From NCBI RefSeq assembly GCF_006345805.1, contig NC_042999.1:69750001-69814000 (forward strand): a stretch of 64,000 bases of DNA. The letters run 5' to 3'. This document shows, piece after piece, positions 41,001-50,894 of this stretch (its first letter is position 1; each line of letters begins with the position of its first letter). The notes below the pieces were generated by a model that did no database searches, was not told the DNA's origin, and saw nothing but the letters and a program-made list of their open reading frames with translations. Source of the stretch: Octopus sinensis. Lineage: Eukaryota. The translations under genes and the position numbers were made by a program.

Positions 41001-43109
41001 TCCAACTGAGTGGTACTTTGGGCAAGTGTCTTCTACTTTATATATTTATTTCTTTATTGCCTAGAGGGGGCTAAACACAGAGGGGACAAACAAGGACAGA
41101 CGAAGGGCTTAAGTCAGTTACATCAACCCCAGTACGTAACTGGTACTTAATTTATCGACCCCGAAAGGATGAAAGGCAAAGTTAACCTCGGCGGAATTTG
41201 AACTCATAACGTAACGGCAGACGAAATACGGCTACGCATTTCGCCCAGCGTGCTAACGTTTCTGCCAGCTCGCTGCCTTGGGCTAACCAAAGCCTTGTGA
41301 GTGGATTAGGTAGACAGAAACCGGGAAAAGCCCGTCGCAGTATGTGGGATATCCCAGAAACAACTGTAAGACTAACAATGAAAATACACTTTATTTACTA
41401 TTGTATTATCTATTTACCATATTTGTTGTTGCAGGGAAGAAGGAATTATTCCTTACATGCCAGAGATTCCTATCAACATAGAAGCTATTGTCAACTACAA
41501 CAAGAGTGTTTATGGAATCAGTGGTATCTACACTGGTTCTGCTGGGTTAGAATCAACGTCTCTAATCTTAGGCTATGGACTCGGTAAGTTAAACCATGTT
41601 TACTTTTCATTTGTTTTCTCAATTCAATTGTATCATCCCTCACTACTTCTTGTCAACCGTTCTGTGTTTCACCTTTCTCAAGCACGACATTCTCCATTAC
41701 AACTAATCTTTCTTCTCAGCATCTACCCTCTGAAAACCAATGTTTTTCTTACATGTATATATTTCAGACTGAACTTTCACTAGGTTCAGTGGTACCCTAC
41801 TTGAACAACACTGACCTTAGATATGGTACCTCAGTTGACCCCCATCTCTATCCCTCTATTATCCTCTCACCTAGCACAAAGCCACTTCCTGTAGTTCAAT
41901 TCCTTCTCTCCATTTTATTTCATTCTTCCTGGATTGGAGTTTCGGAGGAGCAGTTTCACCCTTTTGTTAGCATATTTCTGCTGATATACACTACCTTTGT
42001 TTCAGTTAGTTTTGAAAATAATGAAAAATTTTGTAAAATAGCTTTATTATTATTTGCCAGCTTTGCCTGGCCCCCGTGCCGGTGGCACGTAAAAAGCACC
42101 ATCCGTCCGTGGCCGTTTGCCAGCTCTGTCTGGCACCTGTGCGGGTGGTACGTAAAAAGCACCCACTACACTCACGGAGTGGTTGGCGTTAGGAAGGGCA
42201 TCCAGCTGTAGAAACACTGCCAGATCAGACTGGGCCTGATGCAGCCTTCTGGCTTCCCAGACCCCAGTTGAATCGTCCAACCCATGCTCGCATGGAAAGC
42301 GGACGCTAAATGATGATGATGATGATGATGATTAAGCTGGTGTAAAGCAGTGACCTGGCAGAAGCATTAGCACACCGGGTGAAATGCTTAGCTGTATTTC
42401 GTCTGCCGTTACGTTCTGAGTTCAAATTCCGCCAAGGTTGACTTTGCCTTTCATCCTTTCAGGGTCGATTAAATAAGTACCAGTTACACACTGGGGTCGA
42501 TATAATCAACTTAATCCATTTGTCCTCTCTGTGTTTAGCCCCTTGTGAGTAGTAAAGAAATAGGTATTTCACCCATCGCTATGTTATAAGTTCAAATTCT
42601 GCTAAGGTTGACTTTACCTTTCATCCTTTCAGATGAAATAAGTACCAGTTACGCACTGGCGGCGATGTAATTGACTCACCCCCTCCCCTATAATTGCTGC
42701 CCTTGTGGCAAAAATTTGAAACTGTTACTAAGCTGGTGTTTACGACACAAGATTTTGATGAAAGATTTTAATTCCTGCCAGTTTGAAACAAGAAGATAGT
42801 TTCAGGCAGATGAATATCAAAAGGGTGAATGTTGCTTAAAAAAAACCTTCCCGACCAATACAAATGAAACCCTTCATAACTACACACTAATAGTGTCTTC
42901 TTCATCTGCTCACCCTTGAGTTATTTGTTTTATTCTTTCTGTTTGCAGATCTTTTCTACACCCGGGTGAATCCTTCAAAGATGTTTGATGTCCTTAAAGA
43001 TGACTTTGATTATATATTTATTAGCAGTGTACTAATTGGTATGATTGTGGTGTCTGTTGTGTCACAAAAATTAGCAGCTCGAAAAGCTTTGAACAGAGCG
43101 TGGAGATAA
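1100..43109 (+). CDS. EMC1: ER membrane protein complex subunit 1, spliced gene (24 exons in window, 5' exon missing)
   Basis: Exons join in one frame (2869 nt) through GT-AG introns. The translation has EMC1 hallmarks recalled from the family: [65 protein letters not shown], and C-terminal [22 protein letters not shown]. Confidence 0.96.
1696..2048 (-). mobile_element. Non-autonomous Helitron (353 bp)
   Basis: Minus 5' A|TCTCTATATATA, 3' hairpin-CTAG|T, no TSD; second copy at 30180-30553. Confidence 0.75.
2041..3618. repeat. Inverted repeat, ~350-bp arms (2041-2387, 3270-3618), ~880-bp spacer
   Basis: Arms are reverse complements with only a handful of differences. Confidence 0.9.
3815..3880 (+). 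CDS. EMC1: EMC1 exon: [22 protein letters not shown]
   Basis: ttgcag|, |gtttgt; 66 nt, phase 1-1. Confidence 0.9.
5661..5870. mobile_element. piggyBac-like MITE, second family (also 23698-23902)
   Basis: CCCTTTGGCATT...AATGCTAAAGGG|TTAA. Confidence 0.7.
6059..6161 (+). CDS. EMC1: EMC1 exon: [34 protein letters not shown]
   Basis: ttctag|, |gtaagg; matches VSNGGRIMRSW...LNWE pattern. Confidence 0.92.
7356..7387 (+). CDS. EMC1: EMC1 32-nt small exon: [11 protein letters not shown]
   Basis: tttgcag|, |gtaagg; required to link phase 2 (6161) to phase 1 (12158). Confidence 0.8.
8156..8470 (-). mobile_element. tRNA-headed short element with minimal HHR plus inverted partial 3' copy
   Basis: Minus: tRNA-like head near 8392, (CAT)n, GACAC-CTGATGA-A-GGCTG..CAGCT-GAA-ACGT-T-GTGTT at 8242-8197; opposite-strand tail at 8394-8470. 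Confidence 0.65.
9228..9324 (-). ncRNA. Type I hammerhead ribozyme motif, inverted copy
   Basis: Reverse complement of 11299-11395; TCATCAG at 9309-9315. Confidence 0.78.
9718..10176 (+). CDS. GIY-YIG endonuclease domain of a PLE (open 152 codons, no start; RT part truncated)
   Basis: [100 protein letters not shown]: VIY/YLG, Arg, Glu, Asn residues and Cys clusters typical of PLE endonucleases. Confidence 0.88.
   Translation, partial: LNNSTSEDDPPRCNCRIRSKCLAPGLCGVNNVIYKCTITTENSKFFYLGCTIKLKKRVSNHISSFKLRHKAGCTTLSSKIWELKNNNIKYNLNWEIVRRAMPYRNNRVGCQLCSMETYEILRHRKNKNLLNNRIELGRSCIHAKIKTLKYFK
11299..11395 (+). ncRNA. Type I hammerhead ribozyme motif (sense to EMC1 pre-mRNA)
   Basis: CTGATGA 11308-14; stem II ATACG/CGTAT; GAAA 11375; palindromic stem III ACAATTGT; GTA site ending 11386; stem I TTTGG/CTGAA. 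Confidence 0.8.
12158..12248 (+). CDS. EMC1: EMC1 exon: [30 protein letters not shown]
   Basis: tttgcag|, |gtaagt; beta-propeller G..W motif. Confidence 0.88.
12902..13060 (+). CDS. EMC1: EMC1 exon: [53 protein letters not shown]
   Basis: tttgcag|, |gtaagt; GIVPNSH resembles GVVPFSH. Confidence 0.92.
13833..13938 (+). CDS. EMC1: EMC1 exon: [36 protein letters not shown]
   Basis: ttttcag|, |gtaagt; phase 2-0. Confidence 0.88.
14036..14197 (+). CDS. EMC1: EMC1 exon: [16 protein letters not shown]...[11 protein letters not shown]
   Basis: ttacag|, |gtaacg; 162 nt, open, phase 0-0. Confidence 0.86.
17758..17829 (+). CDS. EMC1: EMC1 exon: [24 protein letters not shown]
   Basis: ccttcag|, |gtatga; 72 nt, phase 0-0. 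Confidence 0.82.
18931..19035 (+). CDS. EMC1: EMC1 exon: [35 protein letters not shown]
   Basis: tcaacag|, |gtaagt; ends in G.P.. as in GTRPER. Confidence 0.86.
19942..20038 (+). CDS. EMC1: EMC1 exon: [32 protein letters not shown]
   Basis: tttctag|, |gtgagt; resembles FLKKDDSVGYRALVQTEDH. Confidence 0.94.
21311..21427 (+). CDS. EMC1: EMC1 exon: [39 protein letters not shown]
   Basis: tttcag|, |gtaatc; strongly conserved motif. Confidence 0.97.
21540..22135 (-). mobile_element. RTE LINE apurinic endonuclease remnant
   Basis: [37 protein letters not shown], disrupted. Confidence 0.8.
22612..22667 (+). CDS. EMC1: EMC1 exon: [19 protein letters not shown]
   Basis: tttctag|, |gtaatg; resembles MFLKRLSSQ. 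Confidence 0.93.
23274..23456 (+). CDS. EMC1: EMC1 exon with acidic tract: [16 protein letters not shown]...[39 protein letters not shown]
   Basis: ccgcag|, |gttaac; [10 protein letters not shown] motif. Confidence 0.95.
24035..25010 (+). mobile_element. 5'-truncated RTE-clade LINE 3' end with (GAT)n tail
   Basis: Degenerate [48 protein letters not shown]..; its 3' UTR matches the abundant ggcgttaggaagggcatccagctgtagaaac repeat. Confidence 0.85.
25510..25721. mobile_element. piggyBac-like MITE (212 bp); second copy at 5388-5608
   Basis: TTAA|CCCTTTCG...CGAAAGGG|TTAA, inserted into an RTE-tail repeat that rejoins across TTAA. Confidence 0.85.
26296..26460 (+). CDS. EMC1: EMC1 exon: [13 protein letters not shown]...[21 protein letters not shown]
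   Basis: ttccag|, |gtaagt. Confidence 0.96.
27841..28011 (+). CDS. EMC1: EMC1 exon: [15 protein letters not shown]...[11 protein letters not shown]
   Basis: aactag|, |gtaagt; Y.FNP..G motif. Confidence 0.94.
29107..29232 (+). CDS. EMC1: EMC1 exon: [42 protein letters not shown]
   Basis: tttcag|, |gtaatt; FFY.V..E.G...GYRL. Confidence 0.94.
29300..29700. repeat. Degenerate ACTGACC-based minisatellite with a 35-bp tandem duplication
   Basis: Many actgacc units; 29393-29427 repeated at 29428-29462. Confidence 0.8.
29765..29846 (+). CDS. EMC1: EMC1 exon: [27 protein letters not shown]
   Basis: ttgtag|, |gtaagt; phase 0-1. Confidence 0.9.
30180..30553 (-). mobile_element. Non-autonomous Helitron, same family as 1696-2048
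   Basis: TC...CTAG ends at an A^T site, near-identical body. Confidence 0.75.
30692..30811 (+). CDS. EMC1: EMC1 exon: [40 protein letters not shown]
   Basis: tttcag|, |gtaatt; signature motif. Confidence 0.97.
32620..32975 (-). mobile_element. Possible degenerate CR1/L2-type LINE C-terminal fragment
   Basis: Weak resemblance (SYSFF-like, purine-rich strand bias); no clear motif. Confidence 0.35.
33079..33490. mobile_element. Same tRNA-headed HHR element, head-to-head inverted pair
   Basis: Minus copy 33079-33322 with head; plus partial copy 33325-33490 with HHR motif at 33361-33406. Confidence 0.65.
34212..34333 (+). CDS. EMC1: EMC1 exon: [41 protein letters not shown]
   Basis: tgacag|, |gtaggt. 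Confidence 0.97.
35818..36521. mobile_element. pogo/Tigger-like non-autonomous DNA transposon
   Basis: 13-bp TIR CAGGCATACCTCA / TGAGGTATGCCTG|TA; interrupts an older SINE whose halves rejoin. Confidence 0.7.
37008..37218 (+). CDS. EMC1: EMC1 exon: [21 protein letters not shown]...[11 protein letters not shown]
   Basis: catcaag| (AAG acceptor), |gtaagt. Confidence 0.96.
37270..37760. mobile_element. hAT-like MITE with internal ~250-bp duplication
   Basis: CAGGGCTGT...ACAGCCCTG ends, CCGACTC sub-repeats; 8-bp TSD not recognisable. Confidence 0.55.
38051..38577. mobile_element. MITE-like element with ~65-bp imperfect inverted repeats
   Basis: 38051-38117 is an approximate reverse complement of 38510-38577. 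Confidence 0.55.
40089..40173 (+). CDS. EMC1: EMC1 exon: [28 protein letters not shown]
   Basis: ttccag|, |gtaagt; LDPRRP. Confidence 0.96.
41435..41583 (+). CDS. EMC1: EMC1 exon: [13 protein letters not shown]...[13 protein letters not shown]
   Basis: ttgcag|, |gtaagt. Confidence 0.97.
42949..43109 (+). CDS. EMC1: EMC1 last coding exon incl. TM helix: [53 protein letters not shown]
   Basis: ttgcag|, stop TAA at 43107-43109. Confidence 0.97.
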
Positions 43110-43234
43110 CTGTCACTTTGTTTTAATTAATAATATTTAAATAATCTTTTCTTATATTTTCTATGTAAATTATTATTGTTATTCATCAGATTTTTTTTGT
43201 GCCGTTTTTTTTTTATTTCTTTTCTACATCTACA

Positions 43235-43240
43235 AATAAA
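43235..43240 (+). promoter_or_regulatory. Candidate polyadenylation signal AATAAA for EMC1
   Basis: AATAAA about 125 nt after the stop; the region is AT-rich so a chance match is possible. Confidence 0.45.
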
Positions 43241-43314
43241 AAGAAAATTAAAATCTTTGTTGAATGATCGATCTCGAAGTACCAAAACCTCCACTGGGTG
43301 CCAAGTGGAAGCTA

Positions 43315-43358
43315 TTGTTGTATGTGTATGTATATATGTGTGTGTGTGTGTGTGTGTA

Positions 43359-43391
<33 letters not shown>

Positions 43392-43420
43392 CTGTGTGTG
43401 TGTATATATGTGTGTATATA

Positions 43421-43503
<83 letters not shown>

Positions 43504-43562
43504 TCGTGTATGTATATATATATACGTACGTATATATGTATGTAAACGTATGTGTATACATA
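43315..43562. repeat. (TG)n/(TA)n compound microsatellite
   Basis: Direct reading. Confidence 0.95.
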
Positions 43563-44150
43563 TAAGGTGATTATAATCAAAATAAGCAACAAGGATATCC
43601 AGAGGTAATGCAGTACAATTGCTTCATGCGACTCCATTTAATTGAACAACGCAAAACATTACATCAATTTAAAATGTAGAGCAATCTTCAGCTGCATAAA
43701 AATATAGAATTTAGTTAAATTCGAAGGATTCATTTGTATAGTTTTCTTATTATCCAAAATCACAGAGACGATAAGTAGATAGACAAAGAACATGTTTTAT
43801 CAACAACATCATTGTTGAAACTGTTACAACTATGATGATGTTGGTAAAACATGTTCTTTGTCTATCTACTTATCGTCTCTGTGATTTTGGATAATAAGAA
43901 AACTATACAAATGAATCCTTCGAATTTAACTAAATTCTATATTTTTATGCAGCTGAAGATTGCTCTACATTTTAAATTGATGTAATGTTTTGCATTGTTC
44001 AATTAAATGGAGTTGCATGAAACGATCATACTGCATTACCTCTGGATATCCTTGTTGCTTATTTTGATTATAATCACCTTATTTTAAATTACAAGGATAA
44101 TACCATACTAAATTATTGTGCCTTCAACTTAAGTACCATATTCATCTGAA
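43562..44150. mobile_element. PLE-derived fold-back element (256-bp arms, 9-nt loop) with HHR motif in each arm
   Basis: 43562-43817 is the reverse complement of 43827-44082; CTGAAGA..GAAAC core; 3' tail resembles that of the 9-11 kb PLE; flanked by microsatellites. Confidence 0.75.
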
Positions 44151-44620
44151 TCTATATATATATATAATAATTTAATAAATAAAATATATGCATACATACA
44201 TATATGTACGTACCTACCTCTACATGTATATATACATGCATATATAAATATATATACGTGAGTACAGGACACCACAAATAGACGTAGAACTCAACGAGAA
44301 ACGAAAACGTAAAAACAAACATGGAAAAACAGAGTACAAGACAAACAACACAAGGAAAATTCCCCTTCATCAACTATCCCTAGTTCGACTCCATGCGTGT
44401 TTCAAAGGTGAGGACAGAACACGACTCGTCGAACTAGCCCTTCCTGCGAAAGAATTAAATAAAATTCCTTTGCAGAGGGGTAAAAACAAGGAAAGAAAAA
44501 AATGTGACAAAAACAGGACGTAAAAACGATACAAATAAAATACAAAATAAAAATACAATTACAAAAAAATACATTCCTCCAAGTAAGTTTTTTTTTTTTT
44601 TATATATATATATATATATA

Positions 44621-45420
44621 CTAGCAGCTAAGCCCGTTTTCACCCGGTCTGTTTGGATGATGTGGCTGTGATCGTTTTCGGTTTGGCATAATCTATAACA
44701 GTGTTTCTCAACCTTATCATTTCGGGTCCCCTGTTTCAATTGGAGCCTCCAGCTGTGAAAATTTCCTGACTTCCCATCTCAGTCAGAAAACAGCTTCAGG
44801 AGTTGTGAAGAACAAATTTCTACGTAGTCTGTTTGAAAGCTATTCTATTGGACTTCTGTCTAATCATTAAAACATTGATTTCATTATGAACATAGAAATA
44901 AATTATACATTAATCCCAATTTTTGTAAGCAGTTGTATACGTAAAAAATTTATTTGCAGAGAGCAGAAATTGAAAGAAGATATATGAAATGGACATGTGT
45001 GTGTGTGCGTCCGTGCTTTCACGTGTGTATGTGAGTGAAAAAGAGAGTTAGAGAGAGAGTGAATGAAGGTGTGTGTCGTGATGATTGACGTATTTGTACA
45101 TAGTAAGAGGGACAGTATAGCGAAAGTTTTGGCTGACTGTCATCCTGTACTCCCCTTGTTGCTAGCGAAATGGTATATACCAACTGTGTGAGCAACTTGT
45201 TTTAATGGCGGAAGAAACAGGGGAATTCCATTAGAAAAATTTTTAATCGATTTTTCTCGGTAAGTATCGGGGCTGGGACAAAAATACAAACTGCATTCCA
45301 AACTATGTACCCGTCTCCACATGTGTGCCATTTTTCACGCGAATCCACCCAGCCGTTTGGCTGTGAACCTCAAGATAAGAAAGAATACAACAATCGCCCA
45401 TGTCCAATTTATATTATAGA
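44621..45420 (-). mobile_element. Non-autonomous Helitron (800 bp)
   Basis: Minus A|TCTATAATATAAA ... CCGGGTGAAAACGGGC-TTAGCTG-CTAG|T. Confidence 0.7.
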
Positions 45421-46685
45421 TGTAAGTATGTATATATATGTGTGTGTATATATATATATATATATATAAAATAACAAATTAATAAATAAAACATATGCAT
45501 ATATACATACATACATATATGTACGTACCTACATCTATATATACATGCATATATGGGTACAGGACACCTTAAAAATTTTGAACACAATGAGAAACAAAAA
45601 CAAACACAAAACCAAAGAAATGGACATTTTTCTTAAACAACGAAAAAATAGAGTACAAGACATACAACACAAGGAAAATTCCCCTTCTTCAGCCGCCTGT
45701 GTGTTAAGTAGCTTGTTTAGCAACCACATGGTTCCAGGTTCAGTCCCACTGCATGGCACCTTGGGCAAGTGTCTTCTACTAAAGCCTCGGGCCAACCAAA
45801 GCCTTATGAGTGGAGTTGGTGGACAGAAACTGAAAGAGCCCATCGTATATATATATATAAATATATGTGTGTGTTTACGTCCCCTTAACTTAGCAGTTCG
45901 ATAGAATAAGTACTAGGGTTGATTTGCTTGACTAAATGTGGTGCTCCAGCATGGCTGCAATCAAATGACTGAAAGAAGTTAAAAAATATATCTCATTGTT
46001 GTTTAACATCTGCCTTCCATGCTGGCATGGGTGGGATGGTTTGACAGGAGCTGGCCAGGCAGAAGTCTGCAGTCTTCTGTGACTGTTTTGACAGGATTTT
46101 TACAACTGGCCTCTGTGCTGGTGGCACGTAAAAAGCACCATCCGATCGTGGCCGTTTGCCAGCCTCATCTGGCACGTAAAAAGCACCCACTACACTCATG
46201 GAGTGGTTGGCGTTAAGAAGGGCATCCAGCTGTAGAAACACTGCCAGATCAGACTAGGCCTGATGCAGCCTTCTGGCTTCCCAGACCCCAGTTGCACCGT
46301 CCAACCCATGCTAGCATGGAAAGCGGACGTTAAATGATGATGATGAATAAGCTACACACTCCTGCTTACTGTCTTTTCAGATTTATTTTTGTTTTTTTTT
46401 CTAATAGAAATAATCAAGTTCTTTGAGACCAGTTGATTTGTACCAGTAATTATATACACAACCATAATTACTATTTTTTGGTATCTTTGAAGGTATTCAT
46501 AAGCAACTTGTCATTTCTTACTATGTTCTATGAGTATTTGTCTCACATTACTCTTTTGAATTTCTTAAGTCTGAAACTCTCTGTTAATAAATTTGCTATT
46601 TTAAGCCAAGATTCAGCAAACTATGACCTGCAGACCAAACAGAACTGGCCATCTGTATTAAATATGTGACCCTGTAGGCAAAAAT

Positions 46686-46728
<43 letters not shown>

Positions 46729-49700
46729 TAATCTATATTTGGTTAGCATCATCAACATCCATTTTCCATGTTTGCATGGGCCCGGTAGAATTCACTGGCA
46801 GATTTTCTGTGCCCAGCAAGGAATATGTCCCCATGGCTAGCCATGCTTTCATTGAAGATTGGAAATGTGAGATATCCCTTATATGATAGTGTTGCTCATT
46901 TACAACTGTCATGTGATGTCAAGACATGGCAACATAATACACATACACTATATATATATATATATACATGCGCACACACACACACAGGTATGGCTCTGTG
47001 GTTAAGTTTATTTCCCAACCCTGTGGTCTAGGGTTCAATCTCATTGTGCGGCACTTTGGACATGGATTTGATAAATGTTTTCTTCTTCCTGACACTGTCA
47101 CAATATAGTTTACATGAATAATTGATTCTAAGAAAGGATGAGGGACCAAAAATGTTTACCTGTCTACTGAGAAATGCAAGTAAACTGACTGGTACCACAT
47201 GTACCCCAATGCACAATTGCCATATTTAGCCTCACTGACAATATTTAACTTGTCACTGCAATCTGTCATTAAATGTATACTGGCCCCTTCATTACAATAG
47301 GAGACTTTTAAAACAAACTCATAAAATAAGCTATTTCTATTGCATTATATAATGATAATATTTTTACTAAATTTGAATTACTCTTTTACTTGTTTCAGTC
47401 ATTTGACTGTGGCCATGCTGGAGCACCGTCATCAGTTGAGCAAATCGATCCCAGGGTTTATTCTTTGTAAGCCTAGTACTTATTCTATCGGTCTCTTTTG
47501 CCGAACTGCTAAGTTACGGGGATGTAAACAAACCAGCATCGGTTGTCAAGCAATTTTGGGGGGAGAAACACAGACACACATACATATATATATATGACGG
47601 GCTTCTTTCAGTTTCCGTCTACCAAATCCACTCACAAGGCTTTGGTCGACCTGAGGCTGTAGCAAAAGACACTTGCCCAAGATGCCACACAGTGGGACTG
47701 AACCCGGAACCATGTGGTTGGTAAGCAAGCTACTTACCACACAGCCACTCCTATTTGCTAACTACACCCGACAAACAGCTTGCTAAACTATGCTTCTGAC
47801 AATATCATTTGATATAAACATATTACACAAATTTGTAATGATCTCATAAATTATCGATTAATCAACAAATGAAATAAATAAATAAAATTAATATTAAGTA
47901 TCATTTTGATAAATATTTTAACTTCATTGTTTTGTTTTCAAAATCAGATTTAAACTTTTTTTTAAGAAAATTATTTAAATGTAAGGAATTAAAATTGTGT
48001 TTATTGGTTGTATAAGTGTTGCAAGTAAGTGTTCAGGACAAGCAACAACATGGCTTGATTGTAGATGAAGAGCACAGCTATCGGCATGATGTGAATCACA
48101 GGACTCAGTAAACATTAACACCTCGAATGCACATTATGGCCCTGAGGTCCCATCATCCCAGGGCCCTGTCTGGTCAAGAGATACTTACAGGCACAGCAGT
48201 GCTTGTGTGATAAGAAGTTTACTTCTTCAACCACATGGTTCTATGTTCAGTCTCACTGCTCGGCGCCTTTGACTGACCAAAGCTTTGTGAGTGGATTTGG
48301 TAAATGAAAACCGAATGAAGCCTATTGTATGTGCCTTTGTTTGTCCTCCACCACCACTTAGCATTTGATTTAGTTGTTCAGCATAAGTGATCAATGGCAT
48401 AAGTACTAGGCTTCAAGAATTAATAAGCTCTGGGATCAATTCATTTGACTAAAGCCCTTCAAGGTGGTGCTCCAGCATGACCACAGTCCTATAACAGAAA
48501 CTAAAGATAAATGGTAAAAAAACTAGTCAAAACTTTCTACTGTCAATGAGAGGGCCAGAAAGTGGTAACTTGCTGACCAATAGTCAGCTTGTAAAGAAAC
48601 AGAAGCCAGAGAGGAGCAATTATGTTGTTGCTCAACTTGCTAGAAATAGCAACCAAAACTTCTTCAAATGACACTGTACTGCCTTAAACAAGGAAAGAAT
48701 AAGTTAGAAAATGTAGTCCTAGATACCTTTAAAAAGACTGATTGGTCACAGCTAGAATGGCTTTGATGATGTGTCCGCTCAGAGTTGACCTGGGGCTAAA
48801 CAGTACCAAACAAACAAAAGTATACAAGTATGATTGAGTGATGCAAATCTAAAATACATTAGTTTCATAATTTGGCACAAGGCCATCAATTTCAGGGAAA
48901 AGGGTAAGCCTGACCCCAGTGCTCAACTAGTACTTATTTTATCAACCCTGAAAGGATGAAGGGTGAAGTCGACATTGGTGGAATTTGAACTTGGAACATA
49001 AGGACAAATAAAATGCCACTAACAATTCTGCCAGCTCACCACCTTAAATGTGGAATGTATGATAGTACAGTTGAGGGGCTGTTACCTTGCAAGGTAGTTG
49101 GTGATCCTGCCGGTGCTGGTGACGTGATCGATACCAGGCCCGCCCGACTGGCTCCTGTGCAGGTGGTGCGTAAAAAGCGTCATCTGCATGACATTTTGTC
49201 AGTGAACTGGTCGCTGTCTCAAAGCAATGAAAATATTTTGACAAATTAAATTTAAATGTTGAAGTGAATCTAACGGTTTTTGTGTGTTTCTTAAATAAAT
49301 AAAATAATGATTTTTATTATAGAAGAAACTCCATTAACTAAATTTGAAACCGAAAACATTAGGATAAGTTTCCTACAATACATTTATTATGTTAAATATT
49401 TAAGGTAAAAAAACAGAAAAATGTATTTATCTGTGAAAATATAATTTAGCTTTAAAAAACATTAATAAACTATAGAATATCTTTAACCTAGTTATACTCT
49501 AATATTTAATTACCAAACTATTTAACAAAACAATAACTATTAATATTTTTAGATTTTAGTTCACGTATAATAATTATAAAATGATAAATACATAAAAATA
49601 AGTATCTTAATTATAATCAACAAATATAGTAATTAAAAATCTATATTTTTTCTCTCAATAAACATATAACCAATATATAAATTAGTCCATTATTACTTAC

Positions 49701-50689
49701 ATAAATATTATAGATATCTTTAGAAAATATTTATACATATTAAGTATTGAAAAATACCAAATTAAAAACATATAAACTATCTTTATAAAATACTTATTAT
49801 TACTAAATGTAATATAAGATGACTAGAAATATAATACGAAACTTATAGTTAAATTGAAACATTTTTACGATCTAGATCGCAAAGTGACTAACTAATATCT
49901 TAAAATTTACGTTCAGATATAATAATTAGATAAATGTACATATCTAAATTATCATTTAACAAATAAAAAATTATAAATTCATATTTAACAATCAATATTT
50001 ATATAGAGTACAATAATATTTCTTAAATAAAAAAGTTTACTTATCTCTCAAAAAGCGTATCATTAACATAGTTTTTTTTTTACTTATTATATATTGATTA
50101 TATATACTTTTTGTGAGCTACACACACATACACATGATGGGCTTCTTTCACAAGGCTTTGGTCAGCCTGTGGCTATAGTAGAAGACACTAGCGCAAGATG
50201 CAACACAGTGGGACTGAACTTGGAACCATGTGGTTGGGAAGCAAACTTCTTATCACACAGCCATGCCTGCGACTATCCACACAGGTATGCCTGCATAATA
50301 TATATATATATATATATTTAGTTGTAAAAACAATTGCTCCAACAAAACCTGGCTTCTTGCCTACGATATCATAGAAAAATAATTTGTGAAAATTTCCAAT
50401 ACCTTCTGCAGGATTAACCTATAGGATCTAATAGACTTCATAGTCAGCATCCACATATTTTTTAATGAATTACACCTATAATGAAAAACAAAAAAAGAAA
50501 TGGACAATATTAACATTAATGATGATTATTGTAAAGGATAGTTAAGGGAAGTAAGTCTGAAATCCAAATACATCAAAAATTGAATGTTAGCATGCACTGG
50601 AGAGAGAGTCTGAAGGAATATATAATTACAAATCCATCTTGGATTGTCATTATGATGGTGATGTATATGATTGTTAATAACATTGACAG

Positions 50690-50893
50690 AATAAGTATTA
50701 TGACAGTGTTGATGTTTGGACAGAATGTATGTTATAGCAGCATTCAGTGTAACAGAATGCTATATTTATGTTGATGTTTGACAGAATGCATATTATATCT
50801 GTTAATGGTTGGTAGAATGCTATAACAGTGTTAATGTCTGACAAAATGTATACTATAACAGTGTTTATGTCTGTCAGACATAAACACTGTTAT
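50690..50893. repeat. Degenerate ~30-bp minisatellite ending in a perfect hairpin
   Basis: acagtgttaatgtttgacagaatg units; 19-bp arms at 50855-50893. Confidence 0.7.
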
Positions 50894-50894
50894 A

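Noticed and set aside
44373-44460. Nested hairpins (ctagttcgac/gtcgaactag; ctgcgaaag/ctttgcag) suggestive of a ribozyme
   Set aside because: Could not assemble CUGANGA, GAAA and UH in the right order on either strand
44160-45690. Direct repeats (44160-44375, 45470-45690) around the 800-bp Helitron looking like LTRs
   Set aside because: The copies are clearly diverged, lack TG..CA ends and a TSD, and have no retroviral interior; they are separate copies of an interspersed repeat
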